DNA of 64,000 bases from an uncultured Marinobacter sp. (lineage in GTDB: Bacteria > Pseudomonadota > Gammaproteobacteria > Pseudomonadales > Oleiphilaceae): assembly GCA_964520755.1 (NCBI GenBank), contig CAZFQI010000002.1, forward strand, positions 22,947-86,946. Direction: 5' to 3'. A program made the position numbers and the translations under genes. Position 1 is the first letter of the stretch, and each line of letters begins with the position of its first letter. This document shows positions 1-12,797 of this stretch, piece by piece. The notes beneath the pieces are model-generated. The model had not been told where the DNA came from and made no database searches. It was given only the letters and a program-made list of their open reading frames with translations.

Positions 1-559
1 GCATAAATCCGTTCGCGGTTCCGATCCGGACGGTTCGCTTTACTGGCTGTGCCGGATGCTCGATGGCGGCTGTGATCCGCTCTACGTTGCCCGCCGTCTG
101 GTGCGGATAGCCAGTGAGGACATTGGTAATGCCGATCCGCGAGCCCTTCAGCTAAGCATGGAGGCCTGGGACGCCCAGGAACGCCTGGGGTCTCCGGAAG
201 GTGAGCTGGCGCTGGCCCAGGCGGTGACCTACCTGGCCCTGGCGCCCAAGAGCAACGCTGTCTATAACGCCTTCAATCGGTGCATGGCCGACATCCGTCA
301 GGATCCGGACTATGAAGTGCCGGTACACCTGCGTAATGCGCCCACCAAGCTGATGAAAAGCATGGGCCACGGAGATACTTACCGCTACGCTCATGATGAA
401 CCCGAAGCCTTCGCAGCCGGGGAGTCTTACCTGCCGGAGGCCATTCATCGGCGCCGCTACTACGAGCCCGTAAACCGCGGCCTTGAGATCAAACTGGCTG
501 AAAAGCGCCAGCGTCTGGATTCCCGCAACGCCGAAAGCCCCCGCAAACGCTACACCTGA
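1..559 (+). CDS. rarA: Replication-associated recombination protein A (RarA/MgsA), C-terminal part; 5' end lies outside the window
   Basis: The frame is open from base 2 ([46 protein letters not shown]...), typical of the MgsA C-terminal domain. Stop at 557-559. Confidence 0.85.
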   Translation, partial: HKSVRGSDPDGSLYWLCRMLDGGCDPLYVARRLVRIASEDIGNADPRALQLSMEAWDAQERLGSPEGELALAQAVTYLALAPKSNAVYNAFNRCMADIRQDPDYEVPVHLRNAPTKLMKSMGHGDTYRYAHDEPEAFAAGESYLPEAIHRRRYYEPVNRGLEIKLAEKRQRLDSRNAESPRKRYT

Positions 560-2763
<2,204 letters not shown>

Positions 2764-2775
<12 letters not shown>

Positions 2776-2789
2776 GGCTCCCCGTTTTA
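2764..2789. terminator. Bidirectional hairpin terminator between cobA and the DAHP synthase gene
   Basis: ACGGGGAGC-TGAG-GCTCCCCGT (9-bp stem that includes the cobA stop codon) followed by TTTT. It sits in a 27-nt convergent gap. Confidence 0.6.
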
Positions 2790-2802
2790 TATCACGCCTT
2801 GA

Positions 2803-3879
2803 TCAGCCGATCTTGCGCTTGGGCAGTACATCCTTCAGCTTGTCGCGCATATCCCGGATGGCCTTTTCAGTGGTTGGCCAGTCGATACAGGCGTCCGTCA
2901 CCGATACCCCGTACTTGAGATCTGCCAGATTCTCGGGAATGGACTGGTTACCCCAGTTAATGTTGCTCTCCACCATCAGGCTCTGGATCGACGTGTTGCC
3001 TTCCAGGATCTGGTGAGTCACATCCTGCATGACCAGCGGCTGAATGGCCGGATCCTTGCTGGAGTTGGCATGGCTGCAGTCAATCATCAGCGACTTGCGT
3101 AGGCCTGCCTTGTCCATTGCCTGCTCACACAGGGCGACGCTCACAGAATCATAGTTGGGTTTGCCACCGCCGCCACGCAGAACAACGTGGCCGTAGTTAT
3201 TACCCTTGGTGCGAATAATCGCCACCTGACCCTGCTGGTCGATGCCCAGGAAGCTGTGGGGATGGGAAACCGACTTCATGGCGTTAACTGCGACGTCGAG
3301 GCTGCCGTCGGTACCATTCTTGAAACCGATCGCCATGGACAGGCCGCTGCTCATCTCCCGGTGAGTCTGGGACTCAGTGGTACGGGCGCCGATGGCTGAC
3401 CAGGCGATCGTGTCCTGCAGATACTGCGGGGAAATCGGGTCCAGCGCTTCGGTGGCTGCGGGCAGGCCCAGCTCGTTGATGTCCAGCAGCAGTCGACGAC
3501 CGATGTGAAGGCCCTGCTCAATATCGAAGGTGTCGTTCAGGTGCGGATCGTTGATCAGGCCTTTCCAGCCGACGGTCGTGCGAGGCTTTTCAAAATAGAC
3601 GCGCATGACGATCAGCAGGGTATCGCTGACTTCATCGGCAAGCTTTTTCAGGCGCGCGGCGTAATCCCTGGCGGCTTCGACATCGTGAATGGAGCAGGGG
3701 CCAACCACGACAAACAGCCGGTGGTCTTTACCATCCATGATGTCATAGATGGCCTGACGGCCCCTTGAGACGGTATCTGCGGCCTTGTCGGAGAGCGGCA
3801 TCTCCTTTTTCAGCGCTTCAGGAGTGATCAGTGCTTCCTGGCTCGCCACATTCAGATTCTCTAGTTTGTTGCCCGACAT
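2803..3879 (-). CDS. 3-deoxy-7-phosphoheptulonate (DAHP) synthase, class I
   Basis: 358 aa from the internal ATG (MSGNKLENLN...), with motifs VVVGPCSIHD, KPRTTVGWKG and IGARTTESQTHRE. The ORF-track start at 4014 adds 45 non-conserved residues, so the shorter start is preferred. Confidence 0.9.
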   Translation of the reverse strand: MSGNKLENLNVASQEALITPEALKKEMPLSDKAADTVSRGRQAIYDIMDGKDHRLFVVVGPCSIHDVEAARDYAARLKKLADEVSDTLLIVMRVYFEKPRTTVGWKGLINDPHLNDTFDIEQGLHIGRRLLLDINELGLPAATEALDPISPQYLQDTIAWSAIGARTTESQTHREMSSGLSMAIGFKNGTDGSLDVAVNAMKSVSHPHSFLGIDQQGQVAIIRTKGNNYGHVVLRGGGGKPNYDSVSVALCEQAMDKAGLRKSLMIDCSHANSSKDPAIQPLVMQDVTHQILEGNTSIQSLMVESNINWGNQSIPENLADLKYGVSVTDACIDWPTTEKAIRDMRDKLKDVLPKRKIG

Positions 3880-4054
3880 GTTGTTCTGCTTCCCCGATTC
3901 TGATCGTTGCAGCCCTGATGGACCATTGAATATGCCAACAAGGTTGCAGATTAACGCGAATAGCGCCGGCACACGGTTGCGGTAAACCCCGGCGAGTTGG
4001 TTATACTGCGTCATTTACAGGGCCTTTTCAACGCTTCTTAGGTATGGGGAACGG

Positions 4055-5878
4055 ATGTCGCAAAACAGGCAGAGATCAAAGGATGTGCCTTCCGTTGCAG
4101 CGGTTTCAGGCAAGATTGATGATGTCCTGGCCGGCATACGTGTCCCTGACCTCCCATACCCGGCGGGCAAGCTTGAACCGGACGCGGTCAGCGACTGGCG
4201 CCCGTTGCTGATATCCTGCTGGTCCGAACAGCGTGATGAACGCGTTACCCACGTTATCCGTTCTGTGAACCTGGAATGGTCTGTTCGTCAGGTCAATGCG
4301 GCCTATATCGCCGATCGGATCATGGACGTCTTTCTCAAAACCAGCGGCCTGCACCCGAACCTCGCCCGGCGCATTGCAAGGCTGCGCTTCTATCTTGCCT
4401 GGCGAATGAATCTCGAAGGCAAGAAGGCCTTCAGCAAAACACTGCTGTCGTGGCTGGACAGTCTCCAGGAGTGGCGGGGCTGGAGTGATTCCGGAGGCCG
4501 CTCTTCCAAGGTGCTTCTGGACCAGCTTGATTCCCTGGTTATCGCTGTGTCGGCCAGTTTCGAGTCCGGCGGGACAGACCCTGTGGAACAGTTCTGCCAT
4601 CAGTGGCAGGAGGACTCCGCAAAGAGGGATGCCCAGGCAGGAAAGCTTCGGCAGCGCCTGCTGGATACCGAGCAGGGAGCCGCCAAACAGCGCAAGGCCG
4701 ACCAGGCCGCCCGGGCCCTGATTGGTCGTGCACTTCAGGGGCGCAAGCTCCCGATTGCCATTGTCCGGTTCATCCTGGATTACTGGCAGGGCCTGCTGAA
4801 GCAGTCAGTGTGGGACTCCGGGATTGAAGGCGAAACCTTCCGGCACGGTGGCAAACTTCTGGAATGGTTGGTGTGGATTGGTGACCCGTCGCTGTCCGAC
4901 AAGGACAGGAACCGCCTCTATCATGTCGGCGAGCAGATCGGTGACCGAATTCTGGATGTCTGGAAGCGGGTGTACAACGAAACCTTGCCATCTGAGGCCC
5001 TGGCAGGCATCGAAGCCGTAATGGTTTCACGATTGCGGGGTGAGGCCCCCGATCTTGTCGACGCTTTGTCCGCCGCGGGCAGTTTCCAATGGGACAGCAG
5101 CTGGTTGAGCTTCGAAGTGCCCCCAAAAGAGGCGTTCGAGCCCTTCGAGGGACAGTGGTTTGTCGAGGGCGAGGGGGCCGGTGAGCAGCGCCGTTTTTTC
5201 TACGCGTTCCTGCCCGAATCAGCAGAAATCCTCTGGACCAACGGTGCCGGGGTGAAACTGGGCTTGCAGACCTGGAGCGAGTTCCAGACCGCCCTGGATA
5301 ACAAGCAGATCCGTCCCCTGCCAAAGCTGACACCTTTTGGGGCAGTACTGGCGGAAACCGTCGAACTACTGGCCCGGGTGTGTGAGAAACAACGCCGGCA
5401 GCGGGAACAGGCTGCGGAGGCTGCCAGGCTTCGTGCTGAGGAACTGAGGCGCGAGAAGGACGCGGCTGAGGAACGACGCCGGGCCGAGGAAGCCGAGCGG
5501 GAAGCAGAGCTTGAGCGACAGCGACAGGCGGCTGAAGAGCAGCGTATTGCCGATGAAAACGCCGAACAGGAGCGCCTCAGGAAGGAACGAACGTTGCTGG
5601 CGGAAAAACAGGTGGATGGCATCAAGCTCGGGGGCTGGATTGTTGTCGAACCGGATGAGTCATCGGAAGAACCGGTTCGCCTGAAACTGGCCGTGCGTAT
5701 CAATGCGTCCAGAAAACTGGTGTTTGTGGACCGTTTGGGCCTGAACCGGCGTGAGTTTCTCGAGGAGGCGCTGGTAGAGGGGATTGTCGAAGGGCGGATC
5801 CGGGTCCTCGGGACCGCCGCTGAATTTGACGACACCCTCAGCAGGGTGGTTGGCCGAATCCGTGTAGGCCGCAACTGA
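4055..5878 (+). CDS. DUF1631-like protein with a central Glu/Arg/Ala-rich helix
   Basis: 607 aa. Residues about 440-515 are highly charged (EKQRRQREQAAEAARLRAEELRREKDAAEERRRAEEAEREAELERQRQAAEEQR...). The C-terminal GGWIVVEPDE...VRLKLAVRINASRKLVFVDRLGLNRREF segment resembles the DUF1631 C-terminus. Family assignment is from memory. Confidence 0.55.
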   Translation: MSQNRQRSKDVPSVAAVSGKIDDVLAGIRVPDLPYPAGKLEPDAVSDWRPLLISCWSEQRDERVTHVIRSVNLEWSVRQVNAAYIADRIMDVFLKTSGLHPNLARRIARLRFYLAWRMNLEGKKAFSKTLLSWLDSLQEWRGWSDSGGRSSKVLLDQLDSLVIAVSASFESGGTDPVEQFCHQWQEDSAKRDAQAGKLRQRLLDTEQGAAKQRKADQAARALIGRALQGRKLPIAIVRFILDYWQGLLKQSVWDSGIEGETFRHGGKLLEWLVWIGDPSLSDKDRNRLYHVGEQIGDRILDVWKRVYNETLPSEALAGIEAVMVSRLRGEAPDLVDALSAAGSFQWDSSWLSFEVPPKEAFEPFEGQWFVEGEGAGEQRRFFYAFLPESAEILWTNGAGVKLGLQTWSEFQTALDNKQIRPLPKLTPFGAVLAETVELLARVCEKQRRQREQAAEAARLRAEELRREKDAAEERRRAEEAEREAELERQRQAAEEQRIADENAEQERLRKERTLLAEKQVDGIKLGGWIVVEPDESSEEPVRLKLAVRINASRKLVFVDRLGLNRREFLEEALVEGIVEGRIRVLGTAAEFDDTLSRVVGRIRVGRN

Positions 5879-5903
5879 TATTGCCGAAGCAGGAAAAACA
5901 ACA

Positions 5904-6308
5904 ATGGCAGATAACGATTACAGCTTTGGAACCCGGAATGATCCGCCCGCTGATCAGGACAACCGGGCCGATTACCGGCTAACGGCCCGGGCGCGGGCGA
6001 TGCTGGAACTTGAATCCGGCCTGCCGGAAGAGGCAGGGTCCGAGGCGAGGGAACTGGTCTGCGGCATTCGCGACATCTCAGCGGGCGGTCTTTGCCTGTC
6101 CTCAGGCGAGCCCCTCTCACTGGATGCCCTGTTGCCGGCGAGGGTGTTCCTTGGCAATCACGAAGAGCCGTTCGGATTAATGGTTGAGGTGGTCTGGTGT
6201 CGACCGAATGAGTCCGGCTTTCTGGTGGGGGTACGGATTATCGAGTCCGATGAGACCGCCTACGTTGAGTGGATGGAAGCGGTGGCCTCAGCGATGGCTC
6301 AGGACTGA
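5904..6308 (+). CDS. PilZ domain protein (c-di-GMP receptor type)
   Basis: 134 aa with both PilZ signatures, RxxxR (RADYR) and DxSxxG (DISAGG). It lies 25 nt downstream of the DUF1631-like gene. Confidence 0.8.
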   Translation: MADNDYSFGTRNDPPADQDNRADYRLTARARAMLELESGLPEEAGSEARELVCGIRDISAGGLCLSSGEPLSLDALLPARVFLGNHEEPFGLMVEVVWCRPNESGFLVGVRIIESDETAYVEWMEAVASAMAQD

Positions 6309-6329
6309 AAAGCCTGGCCCCGCGAAATT

Positions 6330-6362
6330 AAAAGAGCCGGCGTCAAGCCGGCTCTTTCGTTT
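6330..6362. terminator. Bidirectional terminator between the PilZ gene and fabI
   Basis: AGAGCCGGC-GTCAA-GCCGGCTCT (9-bp stem), flanked by an A-rich run on the 5' side and a T-rich run on the 3' side. Confidence 0.7.
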
Positions 6363-6378
6363 CCGGGTGAGGGAAAAC

Positions 6379-7164
6379 TTACTCTTCCAGTTCGCCCATC
6401 CCGGTGATGTTGAAGCCGCCGTCCACGTACATGATCTCGCCGGTAATGCCACTGGACAGGTTGGAACCCAGGAACGCGGCGGCATTGCCTACTTCGTCGA
6501 TGGTGACGTTCCGGCGCAGCGGTGCACGCCTGGCGTTTTCGGCCAGCATCTTGCGGAAGCTCTTGATGCCGGAGGCGGCCAGGGTTTTGATCGGACCGGC
6601 GGAAATGCCATTCACGCGGATGCCGTCACGGCCCAGGCTGGCAGCCATGTAGCGAACGTTTGCTTCCAGGGAGGCCTTGGCCAGGCCCATCACGTTGTAG
6701 TTCTGCAGAACCTTCTCGGCGCCCAGGTAGCTCAGGGTAATCAGTGAGCTGCCTTCGTGCATCATGCCGCGGGCACCTTTCGCCAGGGCGACAAAGCTGT
6801 AGGAGCTGATATCGTGAGCAATGCGGAAGCCATCCCGGGTGGTAACGTCGACATAGTTGCCATCCAGCTCGTGACCCGGGGCATAGCCCACCGCGTGGAC
6901 GATGATGTCGATGTTGTCCCAGTGCTTGCCCAGTTCCTTGAAAACATTTTCGATTTCTTCATCGCTGGCGACATCGCAAGGGAAGGTCAGCTTGCTGCCC
7001 CACTGTTCGGCAAATTTCTCAACCCGTGGCTGCAGTTTTTCATTCTGGTAGGTAAACGCCAGTTCGGCGCCTTCCCGGGCAAAGGCTTCGGCGATACCGT
7101 AAGCAATGGACAGTTTGCTGGCTACGCCAACGATCAGTGCTTTTTTGCCACTGAGGATTCCCAT
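6379..7164 (-). CDS. fabI: Enoyl-ACP reductase (NADH), FabI
   Basis: The start is taken at [16 protein letters not shown]. The SDR-type FabI core is present ([24 protein letters not shown]; [11 protein letters not shown]). Confidence 0.95.
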   Translation of the reverse strand: MGILSGKKALIVGVASKLSIAYGIAEAFAREGAELAFTYQNEKLQPRVEKFAEQWGSKLTFPCDVASDEEIENVFKELGKHWDNIDIIVHAVGYAPGHELDGNYVDVTTRDGFRIAHDISSYSFVALAKGARGMMHEGSSLITLSYLGAEKVLQNYNVMGLAKASLEANVRYMAASLGRDGIRVNGISAGPIKTLAASGIKSFRKMLAENARRAPLRRNVTIDEVGNAAAFLGSNLSSGITGEIMYVDGGFNITGMGELEE

Positions 7165-7229
7165 GGGTCGTTCTCCCTGTGTTCCTGATTTTGGAGCATT
7201 ATCCCTGAGTGCTCTGGACGGGGTAACGC

Positions 7230-8834
7230 TCAAATAGTCGTAGTTGTGTTCTGGTAAAAGAACGCGGCATTCAGCAGTTCGCGGGTGTAATCCGCTTGGG
7301 GTGTATGGAATATCCGGGCCGCGTCACCGTACTCCACGATCTGGCCATGTTGCAGTACCAGTAATTTATGACTGAGGGCACGTACAACAGCCAGATCGTG
7401 GCTGATAAAGATATAGCTTAGACCATAACGGGTCTGGATATCTCTCAACAGTTCAATGACCTGCTTCTGTACCGTTCGGTCCAGGGCCGAGGTGGGCTCG
7501 TCCAGTATGATCAGATCCGGCTGCAGCACCAGCGCCCGGGCGATGGCGATGCGCTGGCGCTGGCCACCGGAGAATTCATGGGGGTACCGATGCCGCGCCT
7601 CAGGATCCAGACCAACATCGGTCAGCGCACGTATCACTTTCTGGTCGTGTTCGGCGGCGTTATCCGCGTCGTGGATCTCGAGACCCTCCCGGACGATCTC
7701 GGCAATGGACATTCTCGGGCTCAGGCTGCCAAAGGGATCCTGGAAGACGATCTGGACCCGTCGCCGCCAGGGTCGGAATTCTTTCTGGTTCAGGAACGCC
7801 AGTTCCTCGCCCGCCAGGCGGATGCTCCCGGTGCTGGCGGTCAGTTTCAGCAGGGCGTGACCAATGGTGGTCTTGCCGCTGCCGCTTTCGCCGACAATGC
7901 CCAGAGTTTCTCCGCGGTTGAGCTCGAAACCGGCGCTCTGCACGGCGTGGAAGGACTCTTTCACTTTGCCCAGCAGGCTTTTCCGGATGGTGAAGCGGAC
8001 ATCCAGTTTTTCAACGGTCAACAAGCGCTCCGCCTTTTTCCCGAGGGCCAGGGGCGCCTCCGGCGGTTCGGCGTCCAGCAATTTCCGGGTATAGGTGTGT
8101 TGCGGGCTCGCGAACAGGGTGTCGGTATCGGCCTCTTCCACCAGTTTGCCCTGTTCCATGACCGCCACACGATCCGCGTAGCGGCGAACAATGGTCAGAT
8201 CATGGGTAATCAGCAGGATGGCCATCCCCAGCTGTTCCTGAAGATTCCGGAGCAATTCCAGAACCTGTTTCTGAACGGTGACATCCAGTGCTGTCGTGGG
8301 TTCGTCAGCGATCAGTAGATCAGGTTCGTTGGCCAGAGCCATGGCGATCATCACCCGCTGCTTCTGCCCACCTGACAGTTGATGTGGGTAAGCGCCCAGC
8401 TTGCTTTCCGGGTTCTGAATGCCCACCAGCTCGAGCAACTCCAGGCACCGCTTTTTAGCTTGCGGCCCCCGCATCCCCTTGTGCAGTTCCAGAGTTTCGC
8501 CAATCTGCTTTTCCACCGTGTGCAGCGGGTTCAGGGACGTCATCGGCTCCTGAAAGATCATCCCGATTTCCCGGCCCCGGATCTGGCGCAGTCGCTTCTC
8601 AGTGGCGGCCAGCAGGTTCTCATCCCGGTAGCGGATCTGCCCGCTCGGGTAACTGGCGTGACGGGGATCCAGAAGGCGCAGGATTGAAAGTGCGGAAATG
8701 GATTTTCCGGAGCCGCTTTCACCCACCAGCGCCAGGGTTTCGCCTTCCCGAATGACCAGTGACAGGGACTCAACCGCTGCCGGGCCCTGATCGAAACAGA
8801 TCGAGAGGTCTGAGATCTGAAGCAGTGGGTTCAT
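7230..8834 (-). CDS. yejF: ABC transporter ATP-binding protein with duplicated ATPase (YejF-like)
   Basis: Two Walker A motifs (GESGSGKS twice) and two signature motifs ([16 protein letters not shown]). The start is taken at [10 protein letters not shown], just after the yejE stop. Confidence 0.85.
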   Translation of the reverse strand: MNPLLQISDLSICFDQGPAAVESLSLVIREGETLALVGESGSGKSISALSILRLLDPRHASYPSGQIRYRDENLLAATEKRLRQIRGREIGMIFQEPMTSLNPLHTVEKQIGETLELHKGMRGPQAKKRCLELLELVGIQNPESKLGAYPHQLSGGQKQRVMIAMALANEPDLLIADEPTTALDVTVQKQVLELLRNLQEQLGMAILLITHDLTIVRRYADRVAVMEQGKLVEEADTDTLFASPQHTYTRKLLDAEPPEAPLALGKKAERLLTVEKLDVRFTIRKSLLGKVKESFHAVQSAGFELNRGETLGIVGESGSGKTTIGHALLKLTASTGSIRLAGEELAFLNQKEFRPWRRRVQIVFQDPFGSLSPRMSIAEIVREGLEIHDADNAAEHDQKVIRALTDVGLDPEARHRYPHEFSGGQRQRIAIARALVLQPDLIILDEPTSALDRTVQKQVIELLRDIQTRYGLSYIFISHDLAVVRALSHKLLVLQHGQIVEYGDAARIFHTPQADYTRELLNAAFFYQNTTTTI

Positions 8835-8835
8835 A

Positions 8836-9864
8836 TCAGCTCTTCCTCGGATCAAAGGCATCGCGCACGGCTTCGCCGACAAACACCAGCAGGGTAAGCA
8901 TGAGCGACAGGGAGACGAAGGCAGAAATGCCCAGCCACGGCGCATGCAGATTGGCCTTGCCCTGGGCAATCAACTCACCCAGCGAAGGGGACCCGGAGGG
9001 CAGACCGAAGCCGAGGAAATCCAGAGACGTCAGCCCCGTGATTGCGCCCGTGAGAATGAATGGCAGGAAGGTGAGGGTGGCCACCATGGCGTTGGGCAGG
9101 ATATGCCGAAACATGATCTTGCGGTTGTCCAGTCCCAGTGCTCTGGCGGCTTTCACATACTCGAAGTTACGGGCTCGCAGGAATTCCGCCCGGACAACAT
9201 CCACCAGCCCCATCCAGCTGAACAGCAGCATGATGCCCAGCAGCCACCAGAAATTGGGCTGGACAATACTGGAGAGAATGATTAGCAGGTAGAGCACCGG
9301 CAGACCCGACCAGATTTCGATAAAGCGCTGGCCCAGCAGGTCGATCTTGCCGCCGTAAAAGCCCTGAATGGCGCCAACAATGACGCCAACAATGCAGCTG
9401 GCGATTGTCAGGGTAAGACCAAACAGCACGGAAATACGGAAACCATAAATCACCCTGGCGGCAACATCCCGGCCCTGATCGTCGGTACCCAGCCAGTTCT
9501 CGGCACTGGGTGGCGCCGGCGAAGGCACCTCGAGATCGTAATTGATGGTGTTGTAACTGAAGCGGATCGGTGGCCAGACCATCCAGCCGTTGGCACTTAT
9601 CTCGTCGGCGATGAACGGGTCCCGATAATCCGCCTCGGTGGGAAGGAACCCGCCGAAGGTTTCTTCCGGCACCGACTGAACGACCGGGAAATACAGATCC
9701 CCCTTGTAGGAAACAACCAGAGGGGAGTCATTGGCGATCAGCTCTGCCACCAGCGACAGCCCGAAAAGCGCCAGGAAAACCCACAAGGACCAGAAGCCCC
9801 GCCGGTTTTTCCGGAAATTACGGAGTCGCCTCTGCTGGATCGGAGTCAGGGACCGGAAGCTCAC
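8836..9864 (-). CDS. yejE: ABC peptide-transporter permease (YejE-like)
   Basis: 342 aa, multi-TM, with the Opp/Dpp-type permease EAA region. It sits in an operon with yejB and yejF. Confidence 0.8.
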   Translation of the reverse strand: MSFRSLTPIQQRRLRNFRKNRRGFWSLWVFLALFGLSLVAELIANDSPLVVSYKGDLYFPVVQSVPEETFGGFLPTEADYRDPFIADEISANGWMVWPPIRFSYNTINYDLEVPSPAPPSAENWLGTDDQGRDVAARVIYGFRISVLFGLTLTIASCIVGVIVGAIQGFYGGKIDLLGQRFIEIWSGLPVLYLLIILSSIVQPNFWWLLGIMLLFSWMGLVDVVRAEFLRARNFEYVKAARALGLDNRKIMFRHILPNAMVATLTFLPFILTGAITGLTSLDFLGFGLPSGSPSLGELIAQGKANLHAPWLGISAFVSLSLMLTLLVFVGEAVRDAFDPRKS

Positions 9865-10946
9865 GCACCCTCCCGGCTTTCAAAATCGATCCGCGGATCG
9901 ACCAGCACATAGGTGATGTCGCTGATCAGCTTCAGGATGAGCCCCATCAGGGTGAAGATATACAGCGTGCCGAATATCACCGGATAGTCCCGGTTCAGGG
10001 CGGCTTCAAAGCCGAGCAACCCGAGCCCGTCCAGGGAGAAGATCACTTCAATCAGTAGCGAGCCGGTAAAGAAAAGGGCCACCAGGACACCGGGGAGACT
10101 GGCAATCACAATCAGCATGGCATTTCGAAACACGTGACCGTACAGCACTTCTTTCTGATCAAGTCCTTTGGCCCGGGCGGTCACCACGTATTGTTTACCG
10201 ATCTCGTCCAGAAACGAGTTCTTTGTGAGCAGGGTCAGGGTGGCAAAACCACCAATCACATTCGCGGTGACCGGCAGAGCCAGATGCCAGAAGTAGTCAC
10301 CGATCTGCTGATACCAGGTCATTTCATCGAAATTGGACGAGGTCAGTCCGCGCAGCGGGAACCAGTCGAAGTAACTGCCGCCGGCAAACAGGACAATCAG
10401 CAATATGGCGAACAGGAAGCCGGGTATGGCATAGCCCACCACAATGGCGGAGCTGGTCCAGACATCAAACCTGGAGCCATCAGTAACGGCCTTTCGGATA
10501 CCCAGGGGGATGGAAATAAAGTAGATGATCAGTGTCGACCAGAGGCCCAGGGAAATGGATACGGGCATTTTGTCGAGAATAAGGTCGATAACGCTTTTTT
10601 CCCGGAAGAAGGAGTCGCCGAAGTTGAAGGTGGCGTAATCGCCGAGCATCTTGAAGAAGCGCTCATGGGGTGGCTTGTCAAAGCCATACATCACTTCGAT
10701 TTCTCTCAGGAGTTCATCGGGAATGCCGCGGGACCCGCGGGTGTCGCCCGACGAATCCGCTACCTCGCCGCCGGTGCCGCCGCCTGAAGCCCGGGCCAGG
10801 GCGCTGCCGCCGTGGCCTTCCATCTCCGCAATAAGCTGCTCAACCGGGCCGCCCGGAGCGGCCTGCACTATGACAAAGTTGAGCAGCATGATCCCGATCA
10901 GCGTGGGAATGATCAGCGCCAGCCGCCTGAGTATGTAGATGCCCAT
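9861..10946 (-). CDS. yejB: ABC peptide-transporter permease (YejB-like)
   Basis: 361 aa, multi-TM, OppB/DppB-like. It has a 4-nt overlap with yejE. Confidence 0.8.
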   Translation of the reverse strand: MGIYILRRLALIIPTLIGIMLLNFVIVQAAPGGPVEQLIAEMEGHGGSALARASGGGTGGEVADSSGDTRGSRGIPDELLREIEVMYGFDKPPHERFFKMLGDYATFNFGDSFFREKSVIDLILDKMPVSISLGLWSTLIIYFISIPLGIRKAVTDGSRFDVWTSSAIVVGYAIPGFLFAILLIVLFAGGSYFDWFPLRGLTSSNFDEMTWYQQIGDYFWHLALPVTANVIGGFATLTLLTKNSFLDEIGKQYVVTARAKGLDQKEVLYGHVFRNAMLIVIASLPGVLVALFFTGSLLIEVIFSLDGLGLLGFEAALNRDYPVIFGTLYIFTLMGLILKLISDITYVLVDPRIDFESREGA

Positions 10947-10961
10947 TTAGCGGGGTGTTCC

Positions 10962-12785
10962 TCAGGGCTTCGCCCACCAGTTGTCAAGATCGAAGCCGTT
11001 CTTGGGCGTCTCGGCCGGACGTTGCAGATGGTTCCAGTAGGCGACCCGGTCGCTTCTCAGATGCCAGTGGGGAATCATATAGTGGTGGTGAAGCAGGACC
11101 CGGTCCAGGGCTCGTACCCGGTGCACCAGCTCTTCCCGGTTTGGGGCCTGAATCACCTTGCTCACCAATTCGTCGATCACCGGGTCGCTGACACCCATGT
11201 AATTCCGTGAGCCTTTCGCGTCCACGGTGGACGAATGCCAGTATTCCCGCTGTTCGTTGCCCGGTGAATCCGATTGGCCGAACACCTGGGTGATCATGTC
11301 AAAGTCGAATTCCCGCAGGCGCTGAATGTACTGGTTGCTGTCCACCAGGCGAACAGTGACATCGATGCCAAGGCGTCCAAGGTTGTTCTTGAAGGGCAGA
11401 ACAACCCGCTCGAAACTCTTCTGGAACAGCAGAATCTCGAACGCCAGTGGATCACCGGTTTCGCTGTGCACCATCTTGCCATCCCGGATTTCATACCCGG
11501 CTTGGGCCAGCAGCTCCATGGCGGTTCTCAGGTTCTGGCGCAGTCCCTGCTGACCCTGGGTGGTGGGCGGCTGATACTCTTCGGTGAAGACATCCTCGGG
11601 AAGCTGATCCCGATAAGGCTCCAGTATCTCAAGCTCTGGGCCTTCCGGCAGGCCCGAGGAAGCCAGGTCGCTATTCTCAAAATAGCTGTCGGTGCGGGTG
11701 TACTGGTCGAAGAACAGATTCTTGTTGGCCCACTGGAAGTCGAAACCGTAGGCCAGGGCTTCACGCACAAGAGGATCGGAAAACACCTTGCGCCGGGTAT
11801 TGAAGGCAAAACCCTGCATGCCTGATGGCCGGTGGTGCTCTATCGCTTCTTTGATAATGGTGCCGTTTTCGAACCGTTGGCCGGTGTAGGCGGTCGCCCA
11901 GTTCTTGGCAGAGGATTCCAGCCGGAAATCAAAACTGCCGGCCTTGAAGGCCTCCAGAGCTACCGTGTCATCGGTGTAGTAATCGTAGGTAATCTGATCA
12001 AAGTTGAACCGGCCGTTACGAACTCCGAGGTCTTTCGCCCAGTAGTCTTCCACCCGTTCATAGTTGATGGAGCGGCCTGCTTCGAATTCACCAATCCTGT
12101 AGGGTCCGCTGCCAAGGGGCGGATTCAGGCCATTCTTGCCAAACTCACGATCGGCCCAGTAATGCGCCGGCAGTACGGGCATCTGGCCCAGGATCAGCGG
12201 CAGCTCACGGTTGCTGGTGTCGCTGAAATCAAAACGGATGCGGCGCGGCCCCTCAACGGTAACGGAACTGACGTCGGCGTAGTAGTTGCGAAAGAAGGGG
12301 TGGCCCTTGGTGGTGAGAGTGTCGAAAGAAAATTTCACGTCTTCGGCGGTAATGGCTTCGCCATCGTGGAACCGCGCCTGCTCCCGGATGTTGAACACCA
12401 CGTAGCTGCGGTCTTCCGGGGTTTCCAGAGATTCGGCAATCAGGCCGTAGGCCGAGAAGGGTTCATCGTCGGAGGATTCCAGCAAAGTGTCGTAGAGGTA
12501 GGTGCTGATTCCTGCCGCAGCCACGCCCCGGATATCAAACGGATTGAAGGAATCGAAGCCGTTGGCAACTACGGCCATTTTCAGCGTACCGCCTTTCGGG
12601 GCGTCCGGATTAACGTAATCGAAGTGGCTGAAACCTGCCGGGTATTTGGTTTCGCCGTGCATGGCAATGCCATGTGTTGGCATTGCCTCTTCGGCGACGG
12701 AAAACGGAGAAATGAGCGGTGTGGCAATAATTGCCAGAACTGAAAAAAACGACGTAAGGGATGAGGCTTTCCGTGTTCTTGTCAT
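10962..12785 (-). CDS. yejA: Periplasmic substrate-binding protein, family 5 (YejA-like)
   Basis: 607 aa with an N-terminal signal peptide. It is the first gene of the yejABEF-type operon. Confidence 0.8.
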   Translation of the reverse strand: MTRTRKASSLTSFFSVLAIIATPLISPFSVAEEAMPTHGIAMHGETKYPAGFSHFDYVNPDAPKGGTLKMAVVANGFDSFNPFDIRGVAAAGISTYLYDTLLESSDDEPFSAYGLIAESLETPEDRSYVVFNIREQARFHDGEAITAEDVKFSFDTLTTKGHPFFRNYYADVSSVTVEGPRRIRFDFSDTSNRELPLILGQMPVLPAHYWADREFGKNGLNPPLGSGPYRIGEFEAGRSINYERVEDYWAKDLGVRNGRFNFDQITYDYYTDDTVALEAFKAGSFDFRLESSAKNWATAYTGQRFENGTIIKEAIEHHRPSGMQGFAFNTRRKVFSDPLVREALAYGFDFQWANKNLFFDQYTRTDSYFENSDLASSGLPEGPELEILEPYRDQLPEDVFTEEYQPPTTQGQQGLRQNLRTAMELLAQAGYEIRDGKMVHSETGDPLAFEILLFQKSFERVVLPFKNNLGRLGIDVTVRLVDSNQYIQRLREFDFDMITQVFGQSDSPGNEQREYWHSSTVDAKGSRNYMGVSDPVIDELVSKVIQAPNREELVHRVRALDRVLLHHHYMIPHWHLRSDRVAYWNHLQRPAETPKNGFDLDNWWAKP

Positions 12786-12797
12786 AAGTCTCGCACG

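Noticed and set aside
3880-4054. TyrR box or leader peptide upstream of the DAHP synthase gene
   Set aside because: Only a TTTACA half-site (about 4013-4018) is present, and the partner half matches about 3 of 6 positions. That is not enough to call.
5390-5610. Apparent GAG/GCG/CGG-rich nucleotide repeat
   Set aside because: It is not a true tandem repeat. It is the coding sequence of the Glu/Arg/Ala-rich helix of the DUF1631-like protein.
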